A stretch of DNA of 64,000 bases. It comes from Mobula hypostoma. Its lineage: Eukaryota. Within the stretch, counting starts at the first letter, position 1; the number at the start of each line of letters is the position of its first letter. The position numbers and the translations under genes are program-made. The notes under the pieces are model-generated. The model did not search any database. It was given only the letters and a program-made list of their open reading frames with translations, and was not told the origin of the DNA. Below, one piece after another: positions 38,436 to 51,699 of the stretch. The stretch is from positions 24,616,001-24,680,000 of the forward strand of contig NC_086118.1 of NCBI RefSeq assembly GCF_963921235.1. Direction: 5' to 3'.

Positions 38436-39654
38436 CTAAAATGTAATAATTCTTCTCTGAGTACTTCATTCCCACCCCTGGGATTTATGGATAGACTCAA
38501 ATTACAGAACAGTAAGAATTTGGGTTCCTGTTTATCTCCAAAGTCATTGGAAGTATTAAATTGTCAGATAATTTTTGATCTAAAAACCTTGCATCAGCAC
38601 TTCGAAATGCAAACAAACACAGCACTACTGCAATCAAAGCTCTGTTAGTAATAGACAATTGATTTGTGCACAAATAGTTATGATAGTGCTGTTCAGTCAG
38701 GCTATTTCAACAAACAATAAAGACATAGCTGGAAGCAATAAAGAAGGAAGCAATTGTGCAGAAGTCTTGGAATCTGCACTGTCCCACTTGATATGTAACC
38801 CCTTTGTAACTATCGACAGGTTGATAATGCCCACTTGAAATGCAAAGCAAACGTACTTGCACAACACTTGAAATAATATATCAAAGAGGAAACACCAGAT
38901 ACAAAACAGACAAACGATGGGTGGGAGGTCAAGGAACTTTGTGTTGACTGACTTGAACATCACAGCTGAAAATGCATTTTATGTCAAAGGTAGGACTTAT
39001 CAACTGCAAAGACATTGCACTTCGTAAAGCCAAATCACTCAGTCCCTAGTCGTGTTGCTTCATAGGATCATCAGCAGAGTGATCCTTGAATTGATCGTGA
39101 GCAACTAGGGTTTGGCTGGTAGCAGAGAGAGAGAAAAAGGTCAGTCTTTATATAAATGTTACTGTAATCGCTCAGCTTCAAGTAAAGTTAACTCATCACT
39201 CTATTGCCATTTATTAAATCCTTTGGCGAGATATTTACATACCGATGGCAATTCAAACATTGGGCGGCTGTAAATGTCAGCAGTGTGGGAAACATCAGTT
39301 GGCATGTTGGAGTGATTGAAGGGCATTAATTTATACATGTGTACATTGCATTGTTAGAATTAGATTGAAATATCAAATACTAAGATTTAAGTGTTTGAAT
39401 CTTCCATGTTTGGTATATATATACCACAATACAACCCTCACCTTTCAATACAGTTCAAGGGTGTGGGAAACACTGGATGCCTAGTTACAAAGCTAAAAAT
39501 GGAGCTCTATAATGCAGGTGAAAACATATACACACTACTTTAAATATTGTTCTTTAACCATGTGGCTACCCACAGTTGAATTTGCTTTGCCCTTTCCATG
39601 ACTTAAAACAAAGTCCTTTTAGCCAAATGTACTCTATTGAAACCAACACCTTAC

Positions 39655-39905
39655 TAGACCCCCACAGCACAGAAACAGGCCCTTCAGCCCATCTAGGCTA
39701 TGCCAAACTGTTATTCTATCTTGTCCCATTGACCCGCACCTGGAGCATGGCCCTCCATACCCTTCCTGAACATGTACTTGTCCAAACTTCTCTGAAATGC
39801 TGAAATCAAACCCACATCCACTACTTCTGCTGGCAGCTCATCCCACATTCACATCACCCTCTGTGTGAAGAATTTACCCCTCAGTTCCCCCTTAAATATT
39901 TCACA
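39655..39905 (-). mobile_element. CR1 3' end fragment
   Basis: ACAGCACAGAAACAGGCCCTTCAGCCCATC...ACCCTCTGTGTGAAGAA, homologous to 30520-30770. Confidence 0.65.
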
Positions 39906-40713
39906 GCTATACACAATGAGAGGTTTGACTTAATACACAAACAATATATATTACTTCTTCACAGAGGCAATATTATCAGTGAGGGTTTTAAAAGGAAATG
40001 AGGGCTAAGAATTATCTAACCACTTTATTATGCTAAGGTTACACCCCAAACCCTAACCCCAGTTGCAGAGGTTGCCCAATGAACCTGCAATCTCTTTATT
40101 CAATCAATAAAACAATCTGTGACACAATACATTGCAGGAAGCTCTGTGTTTCTGAAAAGTCTAGATTTTCCAGAAAAGCTATAATCTGAGAACAGCATCA
40201 CAAAGTACATATCCTGACTAGAAAAGAAATATCCTTCACTTTGGCCTGGCCCAAGTCAGATGTGACAGGGCAGGTTTTCCACCAAAACACTCAACCATCC
40301 CATTTATTCATTGTGTATTTTGTGTCCACATTCAAAAAAAAATATTCAGTTGATAAGAGAATGAAATTAAAACCAGAGAGGGAATAATGAGGAGCTTTTG
40401 TTATGCTGGCTGTAAAGTATGTCAATAATCCACTCTATATATGAAGCCGTTGAGAAGGCGCTGAAATTCTTGCTGTGAACCTTCTGTTTTGCTGCATGGT
40501 GTGAGTCAATCTGACCCATCCTGTGCAGCTCCCCTGGCATTCTTCAACAGCTCTCTGTTTGTGATGAACCAAAATCAAGCGAGTTTTCGACCCCTCATTC
40601 CTTCTATCCCTAGGACTTTTGTGATATCACCCATTGCTGCCCCTTCGTCAGCCAACATGTACTACAATGCTTCACAGTATAAATTATAGCCCTTTACCTT
40701 TCACCTTTATAAA

Positions 40714-41362
40714 TGTAGTGCCCTGGCTCACACCTTTACTGTTATGCTGTAGGTATTCCATTTAGCTGCTCTGTAAGAGCTGCTGTTCTGCTTTCAGCCT
40801 GTTTGGGTTATTGTTGAAGATAAGGGATGATGTAGAATGTGTGCCATCCAATTAGCGGCAGGTTTTTCTTGATGCGGGACAATAAGGTTGGTCTTGGACT
40901 ATTGTTCAATAGGAAATGAAGAGAGAAGGCGCTGGGGAGAACCGGTCGTAGCATACGATCCAGTGGGAGACCCGTTTGTCCGAGATGGATTGCGAGTGAA
41001 GTTCGGAATGTGGTGTGTGCTTTCACGTTGACCAAGGGTCCAGCGCGTGAGTGACAGAGAAGTTCAAGATGAGCTCTAACTAGTGCACGTTTGACTGTTT
41101 AATTGGAATGGGCCCTTTTATTTTCGTTATTCTTTACTAACCCTTTGGTTAGGATTCATAAATATAATTCCTTTAATCATATACAGTGTACTATCTGTTA
41201 TTTTGTGGCATTGATTTGTAACAGGGTAGCGAATTACACAGCGTCCACACAAACAGGGGGTTGTGGGGGTGGGGGGGTGCTTGCTCCTCAATCCCACGCG
41301 TTTGGCGGAGCTAGAGGTTGTCTTCCCTAGACTTGCGCAGCCGAGGAAACCAGAGTGTTTCA
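40714..41362. mobile_element. Solo LTR (Gypsy-like)
   Basis: TG...CA termini (TGTAGTGCCCTGG ... CCAGAGTGTTTCA), 4-bp TSD TAAA at 40710-40713 and 41363-41366, CpG-richer than its flanks. Confidence 0.75.
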
Positions 41363-41489
41363 TAAACTTAAACAATATCAGGTAATACTGGGAATATTTA
41401 GAAATGCAAGTAGCTATCATGAACAGTGAATCAGACTTAATATTTCAGGTCAATTACTCAGTTGGTAATAATTGCAGATAAATAAGTTT

Positions 41490-41796
41490 GGGCACGTGGC
41501 CAAGTGTTTAAGGCGTTGGACTAGCGATCTGAAGGTCGTGAGTTCGAGCCCCAGCCGAGCAGCGTGTTGTGTCCTTGAGCAAGGCACTTAATCACACATT
41601 GCTCTGCAACGACACCGGTGCCAAGCTGTATCAGCCCTTGCCCTTCCCTTGGACAACATTGGTGTCGTGGAGAGGGGAGACTTGCAGCATGGGCAACTGC
41701 CGGTCTTTCATACAACTTTGCCCAGGCCTGCACCCTGGAGAGTGAAGACTTTCCAGGCGCAGATCCATGGTCTCACAAGACTAATGGATGCCTTAA
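41490..41796 (+). mobile_element. tRNA-derived CORE-like SINE (second copy)
   Basis: Colinear and highly similar to 29695-30004, with A and B boxes present. Confidence 0.88.
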
Positions 41797-42309
41797 ATAA
41801 ATAAAATAGGCTTTAGAATGCAGAGAATCTGGGAGGCAAGGGAAACACGAAAGGGTAACTGATGAAAAATAAGAAGGGAGTAGTGACAACGAAAGGTGAA
41901 ACGAGGTGGAATAGTCAGATGAAAGTCCCCAAGAAAAGAGTTGAACATCTTCAAGGTTTTCTGCTCTATAAATGTAAGTGCAGCTAAACCTCCCCTAATT
42001 ATTTTAAGTCTCATTCATTCATCAGCCCTATACTTGTTGACTCCAGTTATTGAAATCTTGCAGTCTTTACAGTTCAGATGTGCTTTCCTGTCTCTCTTGG
42101 TGTCCATCTACCGGTCCATTCTCATTTCAGGCAGAAGGTCCCTATATAATAGTTTAATATTTGTACTTCTTGTTGCAGAGGAAGCAGGTTGAATTCTTCC
42201 TATCATAGAATAATTGCAGCAAAGCACAGGTCTTGGGTCACCTGAGATCATCAGTCCGCAGCTGCTGTATCCTTTCTACTGAATTCAATTAAATTGAGTA
42301 TTAGGATGT

Positions 42310-43158
42310 CTATAAGACCATAAGACCATAAAACATAGGAGCAGAATTAGGCCATTTGGCCCATCAAGTTTGCTCTGCCATTCAATCATGGCTGATCCTT
42401 TTTTTCCCCTCCTCAGCCCCTCTCCCCGGCCTTCTCCTTGTAATCTTTGATGCCATGTCCAATCAAGAACCTATCTTTAATGCACCCAGTGACCTAGCCT
42501 CCACAACTGACTGTGGTAATAAATTCCTCAAATCCACCACCCTCTGGCAAAAGAAATTTCTCCATATCTTTGTCTTACATGGATGCCCCTCTATCCTGAG
42601 GCTGTGCCTTCTTGTCCTAGACTCGTCCACCATGGGAAACATCCTTTCGATATCCATGCTGTCCAGGCCTTTCAACATTCAAAGGGTTTCAATGAAATTC
42701 CAGTACAGACCCTGAGATATCAAACATTCTTCGTATGATAACCCTTTCATTCCTGGTATAATGCTTGTGAACCTCCTCTGAATTCTCTCCAACACCAGTA
42801 CATCTTTTCTTAGATGAGGAGCCCAAAACTGTTCACAATACTCAAGATGAGGCCTCACCAGTGCCTTATAAAGCCTCAACATCACATCCCTGCTCTTGTA
42901 TTCTAAACCTCTTGAAATGAATGCTAACACTGCATTTGCCTTCCTCACCACTGACTCTACCTGTAAGTTAACCTTTAGGGTCTTCTGCACAAGAATATTT
43001 TTGGATTTTCTCCCCATTTAGAAAATAGTCTGCACATTTATTTCTACTACCAAACTGCATGACCATGCATTTTCCAACATTGCATTTCATTTGCCACTCT
43101 CCTGCCCATTATCCTAATCTGTCTAAGTCCTTTTGCAGCCTTCCTGTTTCCTCAACAG
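42310..43158 (-). mobile_element. CR1 LINE 3' fragment
   Basis: Encodes [47 protein letters not shown]. (ATAAGACC)n tail. Confidence 0.9.
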
Positions 43159-43243
43159 ATAAAACTACCATCCATTTTTTTGTGCACTCAGACGCTATTT
43201 GAAAATAAAAACAAGTTTGACTTATATTCCAGCTTAGCTGGAA

Positions 43244-43773
43244 TCCGTACAAGTTTATGTCCATAGACACGGTCCACTAATTTGTCTATTGGCTAACTGC
43301 ATATTTTGTAAAGTGTAGTTACAAAATTAGTTTTTAATAATGGATAAAGGAATTGTAATCAGCTCTTGAGGCCTGCGCATGGAGCCAGCTAAGGTTGGGT
43401 TCCAAGGTTTTTAGAGCACCTGAATTGGTTAATTCTTATTTAATGAGAGTTATTAATTTTTTGAGTCCCTTGTGTTTTTCTCGAGCGACTTTCTCTTTGT
43501 AATGCGGCGCCCTGGTGCTTTCTGTTTAAATTGATTTTGTTTATTTTGTTAGCCTAAGGGATTCTGTGTTACAGATATTATTTAAATGAGTGCCTGATTA
43601 ACACTAATCACAGGGTCCTAGTTTTGGAGAATGTTACATCTCACGATGTTGCTCAGCCAAGCCACCTACGTACTGTTGGAGTTCATGTAAATAAACTCTG
43701 GTCACCATCTCTATATCCGAGTTTGTCTTTCCTCCACACTTAAGTTCCAAATTTACCATCACACATCGTGACA
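43244..43773 (+). mobile_element. Possible decayed solo LTR
   Basis: Ends GTGACA, with TATTTAAA near 43579 and AATAAA near 43690. GGAA(T) flanks both sides, but the 5' TG is absent. Confidence 0.3.
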
Positions 43774-44411
43774 GGAATGTACTTAACTTACATCTCCAAT
43801 ACATTTTTTAAGGGATGTGTGGGTAATTGCATTCTATAATATTGAACAATTTTTTTAGCTTGCTGGTGATTCCCATTAACATTACATGAACCTTTATACC
43901 TAAATATATTTTGACTAATTTCATTGCAGGCAAAAATGCCAGTAGGTTTCCTTCAGCCAGTTTGATAGCAGGAACTTGACTTAACATAATATCACCTCTG
44001 CCAAATATCTTCTTCCAGACAGAACAGTTTGTACTAGCTGTATATTCAGCTTGTGTTTTTACTTAATTAGGCCTCAATTTCAAAGTAAAACCACATAAAA
44101 TTATTGACTAAACTGAAACCATTCTCCCTCCAGTATGAAAGTTGCAGTAAGACAAGAGTAGTCTGGGACAGCTGTAGTCAAATCAGACTGCCGGAGGCAC
44201 CTCTGCTTACTACAGATGCGATAGGCTGGTTGACTGAGTTAGTATGTACTCAAGCCACACGAGCAAGGTCTCTGTAGTGGGACTTTTCCAGAAAGGCCTA
44301 GTGTCCTGACTAACCTCAAAATATCATCGGCTATCCACTTGAAGTTTTGATTGACTTTTACACCTTTATTGTGAATCACAATTGATCTTGCACATAAGGA
44401 ATTCATAAATT

Positions 44412-45082
44412 AGATCAGATTAGATTAGACTATGAGGACACGCAGTCCTCTTTTATTGTCATTTAGTAATGCATGAAGAATTTATTCCTCCAGAATGATA
44501 TCACAGAAACACAAGGCAAACCAAGACTAAAAAAACTGAGAAAAACCACATAATTATAACAAATAGTTACAACAGTGCAAGCAATACCGTAATTTGATAG
44601 AAGAACAGACCATGGGCACGGTAAAAAGTCTCAAAGTCTCTCGAAAGTCCCATCATCTCAAGCAGGTGGTTAAGGGAAGAAAACTCTTTCTGCCATGAGC
44701 TTCCAGCACCACAAACTTGCTGATGCAGCATCCTGGAAGCACCTGACCACAGTCCGACTCCGAGTCCGTCCGAAAACTTCGAGCCTCCAACCAGCTCCCC
44801 AACACCGAGCACCGAGCACCGAGCACCATCTCTGCCTGGTCCCGGCAACAGGCAATAGGCAAAGCCAAGGATTTGGGGCCTTCTCCTCCAGAGATTCTCG
44901 ATCGCACAGTAGCAGTGGCAGTGAAGCAGGCATTTTAGAAGTTTCTCCAGGTGTTCCTCTGTGCTTCTCACGGCTATCTCCACCAAATCAGGATTGTGCA
45001 CGGCATCCTACTTCACAAATACGATATCAATTCAGAGCGGCTGCACGCACTGCGCCGCATCGCCATCTTCTCCTCCCCTCCT
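44412..45082 (-). mobile_element. Non-autonomous SINE-like element with 5' AAGATGGCG and (TCTAA)n tail
   Basis: Minus strand starts GGAGGGGAGGAGAAGATGGCG. CpG-rich body, AATAAA near the 3' end, then a microsatellite tail. Confidence 0.65.
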
Positions 45083-45515
45083 GGTAAATTGCAAAATACA
45101 CAATTTACAATGATCAATATCCATAAGAACAGTGTAGGTGACAGCGGCCCACGCTGCTCTTCTCATGCACAAGTAAAATAAAAAGAATGTTTGAGTCATA
45201 AAAGTACTTGTGTTCTGTGCCCAGCTATATTAGTTATTCAGTTACTTTACTTATTTTATCATTGGTGGCAATGGTTACTTGAAGGTTCAAACAAGATGGC
45301 TAACCCTTGGCTTTGTTATACTGGGAAAAGGAATTCAGCCCAGTAACCAATCAGTCTTAAATCCTAGGCTGTTCAGATTTCAGCAAGGATTGGAGTTTGC
45401 TGTTGGAATGCAAGTTTCCTCCTGTGTGGAGTAGTCAAGATATGCCACTTTAGTTGCTGACATAGAAAAACTGCAGTGTTAAAAAATATGTTACCATGGT
45501 CCGGTTTGGAGCCTG

Positions 45516-45948
45516 CACAAGGTGTTGCAATGGTCTGCGATTGAAGACCGAAATGAGGTGTTACCAGGGTCTGGGATTGGAGTCCCACACGAGGTGTTGC
45601 CCTGGTCTAGGATTGGTGTCCTGCACGAGGTGTTGCCCTGGTCTGGGATTGGTGTCCTGCACGAGATGTTGCTCTGGTCTGGGATTGGTGTCCTGCACGA
45701 GGTGTTGCCCTGGTCTGGGATTGGTGTCCTGCACGAGGTGTTGCTCTGGTCTGGGATTGGTGTCCTGCACGAGGTGTTGCCCTGGTCTAGGATTGGAGTC
45801 CCGCACGAGGTGTTGCCCTGGTCTGGGATTGGAGTCCCACACGAGGTGTTGCCCTGGTCTGGGATTGGTGTCCTGCATGAGGTGTTGCCCTGGTCTGGGA
45901 TTGGTGTCCTGCACGAGGTGTTGCCCTGGTCAGCGATTGGAGTCCCAC
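45516..45948. repeat. 36-bp minisatellite, about 12 copies
   Basis: Unit CACGAGGTGTTGCCCTGGTCTGGGATTGGTGTCCTG repeated head-to-tail. Confidence 0.95.
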
Positions 45949-47269
45949 TTGAAGTACAGGAAAATTCAGTAGGTATGTTGTTAAAAAAAGGAATTCCAAA
46001 CATGTATGTCTGTGTGCATGAGTGTGTGTGTGCTCACTTTGATTGTGCGAGTGTGTGTGCGCACACCCTGATAGTATGTGCATCAACGGTAGCATGAAAG
46101 TTCCCTGTCCAAAGGACTCTGGTAGCATGCATGTTTGTACCAGAAAGTATTAAAGAAGTTGAAAAGTATGTTGGAGCGTGCGGAATGCACTAAGTGAGTG
46201 TTTGCAGATGTGTTCTTAGAGAAAAGGAAATGTGTAATGTGTGGAGGGTGATCTATGTTTGTTTAAGGTGGATGTGAAATGCAAAAACATTTAAATGAAT
46301 CCTGTAAAATTAGAGAAAGTGAGCAAGAGTTAAAGAAGGAAAAATCACAGATAAAACAGGCAAAAAATAATAGTGTCCACCTCAATGTTTGAAAAGAAAC
46401 GATTAGCACTAGATGCTGTAGCCTTGCTTTCCCCAGGCTTGGTTTCAACAAGGCCCACACCAAGTGATCCCTCTTGAGTACCCAGTGAGTGTTTTGCCGC
46501 AGGCTGCGGTTTCTAATAGCACTACAGCAGACGGGAGGCGGACGTAATAAGCAAAATGTAGATTTAAATGTACCTTGAATGATCTAGTAAGAGCTCTAAG
46601 AAAATGTTTCTTTTGCACTGTAAATTAGCATAAAAGACAATGTCGGGCAGGAGACAAAGATATTAATTAATATGAATAGAACGTGTGCGTAAATATTTTC
46701 AAAGTCTCCAGGTTAACTCTACAAGTGGGACACTCGTCTTAATAAATGTTAGTTTAAATAAATTTCAACTTATGTCATGAATATGTGCCGCATACTAACC
46801 GGTCATGTTGTTGTGTGTGCTCAAGAGAGGGCATATACATCTGAAAAGTGGCTTGCCAAAGCATTTATACTCCTGGGTCAAAGTGAGTTTGATTCTGTGT
46901 TTTACTTTGAGAATGAAATTTGGACTGCAAAGGCAGCATGGACTGCACTACCCGTGGGAATGACTCTTGCCCAATGCAACTGTTTACAGAGTTGGTATCT
47001 ACCTACCTAGGATTGCATAACAGCAACCCCCCCAACCCTGCTCCAAAGTTGCTACATGGGGATAGGGGGGGAAATATGTCACTGTAGCCATCATGGGAAG
47101 GGACTAGACTTGGGTAACCAAGTGTGCAGTGTTGAAACTACTGGTGACCTCTGAATTCTGTGGAGGTTACTGACTGGGCGTGTGGGCAACAGGCCTATCA
47201 CAGTCTGCCAGGGGCACCCCTTCTGAATGGGATCTTTGACCTGAACCAGAGCAGTTATGAAGATTTATG

Positions 47270-47485
47270 TATTTAGATATACAGTATGGTAACAGGCCCT
47301 TCTGGCCTAATGAGCCCATGCCGCCCAGTTGCTCCCATGTGACCAATTAATCTGCTAAACTACATGTCTTTGGACTGTGGGAGGAAACCCACATGGTCAC
47401 GGAGAGAACGTACAAACTCCTTACAGACAGTGGCACAATTGAACCTGTGTCCCTGGTGCTGCAGGTACACTGCACTACCTGCTAA
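47270..47485 (-). mobile_element. V-domain SINE with CR1-type tail
   Basis: GGGAGGAAACCCACATGGTCACGGAGAGAACGTACAAACTCCTTACAGACAG is the reverse V-domain, preceded by AACAGGCCCTTCTGGCC. Confidence 0.7.
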
Positions 47486-48018
47486 GCTAGTTAGGCCAGG
47501 CTGCAACCACTTACCTGTCAACGTTGTTTAGAGACTCACAGGAATGTGAGGAATGACTGGAGAGACCGATATGGACGTGTCACTATGAGTTGTATGCTCA
47601 TGGCTGTATCGTATTCCCACCGTCGCCGTAATGATTCCACAGTTGTACTGCATTCTCACGGTCACCACTGAAGCTTCTGCAGCTAGCAACATATGCCCGG
47701 GGCCACGGTGGTGAAGACATTTGACATGCACAAAGAAAACCCTTTCTAATTCAAATTTCTACAGTGCAATTGTAATTTTTCTTACGGTATGGTGATCAGA
47801 ATTGCACACATCTCCAGCTATGGCTTCATCTTTAGTTTAAAAAGTTGTACAATAACTTCCCAGATTGTATTCTATGCCCCAGCTAATAAAGTTCTTCATC
47901 CTGAGTTACCCACAGAAGACCGAGAGTAGGGGGTGGAAGGCTGTTATTCCGGCTGGAGGCCCATGACCGGTGGTGTTCCGCAAGAACTGGTGCTGGGAAT
48001 TCTGTTGTTTGTGATATG

Positions 48019-48203
48019 CACTCAGTGGTCACTCTATCAAACACACCTATACACCTGCTCACTAATGCAAATACCTGATTGGCCAATCATGTGGCAGCAA
48101 CTTAATGCGTAAGAGTATGCAGACATGGTCAAGAGGTTCAGTTGTTGTTCAGACCAGACATCAGAATGAGAAAGAAATCTGTTCTAAGTGACCTTGACTG
48201 TGG
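48019..48203 (+). mobile_element. Tc1-like element 5' fragment
   Basis: CACTCAGTGG terminus followed by the start of a transposase-like frame, MRKKSVLSDLDCG (cf. MGKK.DLSDFDRG). Confidence 0.5.
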
Positions 48204-51200
48204 TCAGTCCTGTCATTAGTAATCCTTTCAATGTGCATCCATTTTCACTTATTCAGAATTAAATTCCATTTTCCATTTCCCTGCCCATCTTATCAACTGA
48301 TCAATATCATATTGTAGTCTCTGGACATCCTCCTTACTGCAAACCACGCAATTAATTAATTCATCATTTACTAACCATACCGCTTATATTAAGAAGATAT
48401 GACATTGGAGCAGAATTGATCCATTTGCCACATCAAGTCTGCTGCACCTTTCCATCATAAGACTACAAGCCCCTACGAGATGAAAGCAAAATTAAGCTAC
48501 TTGGCCCATCTGCCATTCCATCATGGCTGTTTTATTTTCCCTCTCACCCTCACTCTCCTGCTTTCTCTCCATAACCTTTTACACCCTAACTAATCAAGAA
48601 CCTATCACAGATTCACAATACTCTGGCTAAAGAAATTCCTTTCCGCCTCTGTTGTGAAGCAATGGTCCTTCCACTCTGAGGTTGTGCCCTCTGGTCCTGG
48701 ACCAGAAACCATGGATGACCCAGGAGATTTGTAATTTGCTGAGGGTTAGATCTGTGGCGTTTAGGGCTGGCAACCCAGAGTTATACAAGTAATCCAGGCA
48801 CACCCTCTAGAAAGCCACATTATGAGTGTAGAGAGGAAATATCAGACTAAACTGGAATGGACACCTTAAGAAGGACTTGCACAATATACCTACAAGACAG
48901 GATCAGGAAACATAAAGGGAAAGAACCAGATGAACGCAATGATAGGGAGAACTATGACACACCCACTTAAGCCCACACATCTCTGGATGACCCTGTAATT
49001 TCAGTCTCTGAGACTGATGTCCGGGCGTCCTTGGGAGAGTGAATCCATGAAATATATCCAGTCCAGACAGTGTACCTAGCTGAATACTAAAGATCTGTGC
49101 TGACTAAAAAGCTGGAGTACTTATACACATACTCAAGTGTTTGCTTCTGCGACCTGAGTTATTGAACCAAATGTCAAAACCTTAATCATTGGAGTTTTGT
49201 GACACTATGACAATTTGATCACTTTGCACTAAAATGGACATTCTTTTGTTATGCTTGTGCTGTTTCTTTCAAAAATTGTGTATAATTTATGCTTAATTTT
49301 CTTGTGAATGGTGCTTATATAATGTTATGTAGCTGAGGTGCTGCTGTAAGTAAGTTTTTCATTTCACATGTGCCAACACTTACTCACGCATATGACAGTA
49401 AACTCAACTTTGACTTTGACTTCAGGCAACTCCCAAGTCACAAGAATGCTGCAGTTCAAGAAAGTGGCCCTTATCGCAGTTTTCCATCATATAAAGCTGT
49501 GTTGTCTGGGTGTACATCAAGAAGCATGAGCAGAAGAAACATATATTTACCTTGTTCCCCCACATGTTCAATGAAAGGGAAATTTGTTCTATATTTTACA
49601 TTTTTTTGGGTAGTGGTTGAGAATTTTCTAAGGGTGAATTTCTGTTACACAAAGTGGCTGTAATGCAGGAATCATTTGTACACAGAGTTAGCTGTTCTCT
49701 CAAAGGGCATGAACTCTTGTCAAACATCTCCTTTCAGACTATGCTATCCAAATGGAATTTGTTGGGAAGCTAATAAATTGAGGAAAGCCCAGCCCTTTTT
49801 CTTTGTTATTTCAATAGAATGGCTTGTCATATTTGATAAATTCCAATAATATTATACTTCAAAGACAAAAGTGGTTTAATTGCTTTGAATAATAACTCAC
49901 TGGGAAAAAGGAACGTTATTTTCTTCTAAAATACAAAGCACCCCTTTCCTGGAGAATTTATATGAACTTCCTTTAATCAAACACTTGTTGCATTGAGTCC
50001 TTGTGATGGAGCCTTATCTGGAGTCAGGAAGACAAATACAGATTAGATGCCCATGTTGCATTTTGTGAACTCTGCCAATCTATTACTCAGCCAGCTGCAG
50101 CCCGTCACATCAGATTTCCTCTGCTCCCGTCCTCTGCCATGTGATCCGCAAGATGAACACAAAACCTCAGGAACAACTTCTCTGATGTACACTAGAACTT
50201 ATTACTGTAGAATTTGATATCAGTCATTTCAGTTTTAACTCATGCATTTATTTTGAAGTTGACTTGTAGCCCCATCACTCCCCAGTGATTTCCATATTTT
50301 CAATATCTTAACCTTCTCACTTTCCCCTTTCTCTGGATATTCATGCAAACTTTTTTTTCCTTTAATGTTTCAATACTTTTGCCCATTACTTAACTGAAGT
50401 GATGTATTTATTTCTTGTGATTCTTCTTTGTTGTTTCTGCCATGATTGAATGGTGGGGAAATCACAATGGGCTGAATGACCTAATTCTGGTCCTATGTTT
50501 TAAGGTTTCTTTTAAACATATTTCACCTTTTACCATTTATATTAATATGTGTACAAGTTTCATATTATTCATTCCTTTGCTTAGGCATGATTTATTTTTC
50601 TCTCTCCACAGTTGCTGACAAACCCATTACGTGCTTCCGGGAGTCCAGGAGTCACCTACTATTCCTTGTGCTTGCTAGTAATAGAAACATAGAAAATAGG
50701 TGCAGGAGTAGGCCATTCGGCCCTTTGAGCCTGCACTGCCATTTATGAGATCAATGTACTTTGATAATAAAATTATACTTTGAACTTAGGACTTTGGGTT
50801 TGGCTTGCTGAAGTACATCAATATACCTTATCAATAGGTCCTGTTTTCTCCTGCACATCCAACGCTTCAGAAGGTAGCGCACAAAATTTCTGCCGATAAT
50901 TCAGAACGTGTGCAATCTGTTCACTTTGCTGCCTTCAGGATTGAAAAGTAAATCCCTTCACATAGTGATGACACAATTAGTAAAGTAGGAAATTCCCCTG
51001 TTGTCGCGGGCAATATTTAGGCCTTACACACTATTAAGATGAAATAACTGGTCACTTATTGGATTGTCAAGTGAAAATTAAATGCTACCCCCAACATTGC
51101 AGAAGTGTAAACACTTCAGAATCACAAGAAATTTTGCACATTCTGGAAATCCAAAGAAACACACACAAAATGCTGGAAGAACTCAACAGGTCGAGCAGCA

Positions 51201-51699
51201 TCTATGGAGGGGAATAAACAGTCGACATTTTGGGGCAAGGAAAGGAAGGGGCAAGAAGCCAGGATCAGAAGGTGAGGTGTGGGAGGGGGGAGGAGGAAGT
51301 ACAAGCTGACAGGTGATAGGTGAAACCAGTAAGTTGTCATACGGGCAGGTGGCTGGGAACAGACCCAAGTGCAAGACACAGACACTGAAGTACTAGGGAC
51401 AGGACTAGGATACAGGGCGATGGCAAGAACATGGACAGGAAAACCAGGAACCTGGAACAGGACTGACAAGAGAGCTAGGAGCCCGGGTTTGCATTATGAG
51501 CCAGAGACTGGACAAGGACCCAGCACCTGGGTCTTGCCTCTGACTCAGACCCCAGAACTAGGCAAGGACGAGGCTTGGCAGGCAGGCAGGACGAGGCTGG
51601 AGTCTTCAGGCTAGAAGCTAGAGGCTAGAGACCTGGCTTGGTTTGACAAGAGGCTAGAGGCTAGAGACTTGGCTTGGTTTGACAAGAGATGAGGCAAGG

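Noticed and set aside
45516..45948. CRISPR-like array (36-bp repeats)
   Set aside because: The repeats are contiguous with no unique spacers, there are no cas genes, and the context is eukaryotic.
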